Below are positions 61,496 to 64,000 of a DNA stretch of 64,000 bases, piece by piece. A program made the position numbers and the translations under genes. The notes under the pieces are model-generated. The model had not been told where the DNA came from, did no database searches, and saw only the letters and a list, made by a program, of their open reading frames with translations. Position 1 is the first letter of the stretch. Each line of letters starts with the position of its first letter. Origin of the DNA: an uncultured delta proteobacterium (lineage in GTDB: Bacteria; Desulfobacterota; Binatia; JACPRU01); assembly GCA_963745025.1 (NCBI GenBank), contig CAVUWD010000016.1, positions 608,001 through 672,000 on the forward strand, written 5' to 3'.

Positions 61496-63916
61496 ATGAA
61501 TTTCTCGGGAGCATTGGACGGTATCCGCGTACTCGAGTGTGGCGAGCTCGCGGCTGCTCCCTACGCTGCGAAGCTCCTGGCCCATCTAGGAGCCGATGTC
61601 GTGAAGATCGAGCCGCCGGCGGGTGACCCGGTGCGGCATCGGGGCCCGTTCCCGGCGAAGAAGCCACATCCCGAGCGAGGCGGGCTCCATCTTTATCTCG
61701 ATCAGGCAAAGCGGAGCGTCGTGATCGACTCTTCCCGGTCCGCCGACCGGGCCCGCTTCCGCAAGCTGGTGGCGAAGGCGGACGTCGTGATCGCCAACGG
61801 CTCTCCCGGCTCGCTCGAGAAGCGAGGCCTCACCTATGACGGACTGCGCGAGGCGAACCCGCGCATCGTCGTCACGACCATCACGCCGTTTGGCCTGACC
61901 GGTCCGCGGCGCGACTGGACGGCCGTCGAGATCGTCGAGGCCGCGGCGGGCGGCTGGCTCTATATCAGCCCGGGAGCGTTGCGAGATCCGTCCCTGCCCC
62001 CGCTCAAGGCCTTCGGCCAGCAAGCCGACTTCCAGGGCGGTGTGCATGCGGCGATCGCGACGCTCGGCGCCCTCTTCGCCCGGCAGCGCACGGGCCAGGG
62101 TCAGCACGTGGACGTCAACGTCCAGGCGGCGATCGCCTCGAACCTCGAGATGAACTTCATGCATTGGACGTACGCGCGCCGCGTCGCGTCCCGTCTCGGC
62201 CAGCGTGCCCTCGGGCCTTGGGGGATCATCCAGCTCGCCGACGGCCCATTCTTCGTGGTCTGCGTGGAGGAAGACCAGTGGCAGCGCCTCGCCGACTACC
62301 TTGGACGGCCCGAGTGGACCCAGTGGGAGATCTTCGCCGATCGTCTGGTGCGCGCCCAGAACGGGGACGTGCTGATGCCGCTACTCGAGCAGGCGCTGTC
62401 GCACCTCGCCTGTGAGCGCGCGTACGTGGAATTGCAGGAGCGGCGTATCCCCTGCTCGCCGATCTTCGACATGGCGATGCTGCTTCGCTCGGAGCACCTG
62501 AAGGCTCGCGACTTCTTCGTGAAGGTCGATCATCCGGACGCCGGCCCGCTCGTCTATCCGGGCGCACCGTTTCGCTTCTCGCGCACCCCCTGGCGCGCGA
62601 TCCGTCCTGCGCCGCGCCTAGGCGAGCACACCGCCGAGGTGCTCCAAGAATGGGGGAAGCGTCGGTCGCGGAAGGCTGCGTCAGACGCTCCTCGCTCTTC
62701 CGGGCGGGAGGCGCCGCTCGCCGGCGTGCGAGTGGCTGACTTCTGCTGGGTCTGGGCCGGCCCCGCCTGCACGCTGCAGCTCGCCCACCTTGGCGCGGAG
62801 GTGATCCGCATCGAAGCCCCGGGTCGCCCGTGCATCACCCGCCTCATCCCGCCCTTCGCCGACGACGTGCGAGGCATGAATCGCGCGGGTTACTTCAACC
62901 AATACAACCAGGGGAAGAAGAGCGTCGGCCTGAATCTCAAGCACCCCGACGGCCTCGCGCTGGCCAAGCGCCTTGTCGCGGTGTCGGACGTGGTCACCGA
63001 GAATTTTGCCGCGGGGGTCATGGAGCGCATCGGGCTCGGATACGAGGAGCTTCGGAAAATCAAGCCCGACATCGTCATGATCTCGTTCTCGGGTTATGGC
63101 GCCACCGGACCCGCGCGAAACTACATCGCTTACGGACCCGTCCAGGTGCCGATGATCGGTCTCGCGTCGCTCTCCGGCTACCCAGGAGGAGGACCCAGCG
63201 AGGTCGGCATCTCCTACGGCGACCCCAATGCCGGCATGCACGCCGCGTTCGCCGTGCTGGCGGGGCTAAGCCACCAGCGCCGCACCGGCGAAGGACAGTA
63301 CGTCGACATGTCCCAGTGGGAGGCGGCCGTGGGTCTCACGGCCGAGGCCTTCATGGAGTACACGATGGACGGCACGTATCCCCCGCGGCAAGGCAATCGG
63401 GACGTGATCGAGGCACCCCAGGGGGTGTTTCGCTGCGCGGGTGAGGACGAGTGGGTCGCGCTCGCGTGCTGGAGCGATGAACAGTGGCGGGAGCTCGCCC
63501 GGGCCATGGGTCGCGACGATCTGGCAGCGGACGCACATCTGTCGACGAAGGCCGGACGAAAGCGCAGCGAGCAGATGCTCGAGGCGGCGATCTCCGAATG
63601 GACGGGCTCGCGATCCGCGGAAGAGGTGGCGCAGCTCCTGCAGGCTCGGGGCGTTCCGAGCTATCCGGTGCTCAGCAACCGTGGGGTCGCCGAAGACGTG
63701 CAGCTCGATGCGTGGGGCGCCTTCGTCGATCTCGACCATCCGGAAGCGCGCGTTCGACGTCACATCGGCGCGCCCTGGCACTTCAGCGAAGCGGACGTCC
63801 GGGTGCGGCGAGCGGCTCCGCTACTCTATGCCGACACCGACTCGGTGCTCGGTGAGCTGTTCGGCTGCGACGAGGGGGAGATTCGCCGGCTGCGCGATGC
63901 CGGTGCGATCGCGTGA
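61496..63916 (+). CDS. Fused tandem family III CoA transferase (two CaiB/BaiF domains)
   Basis: LGADVVKIEPP..APRLGEHT, then WVWAGP..NQGKKS..ENFAAG..APLL. Confidence 0.92.
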   Translation: MNFSGALDGIRVLECGELAAAPYAAKLLAHLGADVVKIEPPAGDPVRHRGPFPAKKPHPERGGLHLYLDQAKRSVVIDSSRSADRARFRKLVAKADVVIANGSPGSLEKRGLTYDGLREANPRIVVTTITPFGLTGPRRDWTAVEIVEAAAGGWLYISPGALRDPSLPPLKAFGQQADFQGGVHAAIATLGALFARQRTGQGQHVDVNVQAAIASNLEMNFMHWTYARRVASRLGQRALGPWGIIQLADGPFFVVCVEEDQWQRLADYLGRPEWTQWEIFADRLVRAQNGDVLMPLLEQALSHLACERAYVELQERRIPCSPIFDMAMLLRSEHLKARDFFVKVDHPDAGPLVYPGAPFRFSRTPWRAIRPAPRLGEHTAEVLQEWGKRRSRKAASDAPRSSGREAPLAGVRVADFCWVWAGPACTLQLAHLGAEVIRIEAPGRPCITRLIPPFADDVRGMNRAGYFNQYNQGKKSVGLNLKHPDGLALAKRLVAVSDVVTENFAAGVMERIGLGYEELRKIKPDIVMISFSGYGATGPARNYIAYGPVQVPMIGLASLSGYPGGGPSEVGISYGDPNAGMHAAFAVLAGLSHQRRTGEGQYVDMSQWEAAVGLTAEAFMEYTMDGTYPPRQGNRDVIEAPQGVFRCAGEDEWVALACWSDEQWRELARAMGRDDLAADAHLSTKAGRKRSEQMLEAAISEWTGSRSAEEVAQLLQARGVPSYPVLSNRGVAEDVQLDAWGAFVDLDHPEARVRRHIGAPWHFSEADVRVRRAAPLLYADTDSVLGELFGCDEGEIRRLRDAGAIA

Positions 63917-64000
63917 GGTGACGGGATCCGGGTCGTCGGTGCGGGTGCGCGAGGTCGGTTCTGCAGCGCTCCGCCATGGCAGATTCCGGCGGCGCGAGCG

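Overview
High-GC bacterial window. Gene content and style suggest an uncultured Deltaproteobacteria/Binatota-like organism, but the taxonomy is inference only. Several single-base frameshifts look like long-read assembly errors (dense in 1-4 kb, single ones near 23.1 kb and 57.1 kb). Layout: (i) 1-15 kb, housekeeping and acyl-CoA genes plus an orphan GspE/PilB ATPase fused to a zinc ribbon and a receiver domain. (ii) 15-24 kb, a sigma54-driven Rieske/cytochrome b/nonaheme cytochrome c cluster next to an NtrC-type regulator and a sensor kinase with two CxxCH motifs. (iii) 24.4-28.9 kb, tRNA-Arg(CCT) followed by two stacked miniature integrative elements, each closed by a 42-bp copy of the tRNA 3' end and each carrying its own set of direct repeats at both ends; neither has an intact integrase. 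(iv) 29-36.5 kb, an accessory zone with a split PEP-synthase/rifampin-phosphotransferase-like kinase fused to a cNMP-binding domain, NnrS, IS remnants and a second copy of a small exported-protein cassette. (v) 36.7-64 kb, a large catabolic region: CoA transferases, LLM oxidoreductases, two LvaAB-like kinase pairs, an ACAD10/11-type dehydrogenase, a tungsten AOR and a divergent B12 acyl-CoA mutase, with two pairs of divergent sigma54 promoters. All calls come from motif recognition by eye; no database search was run.
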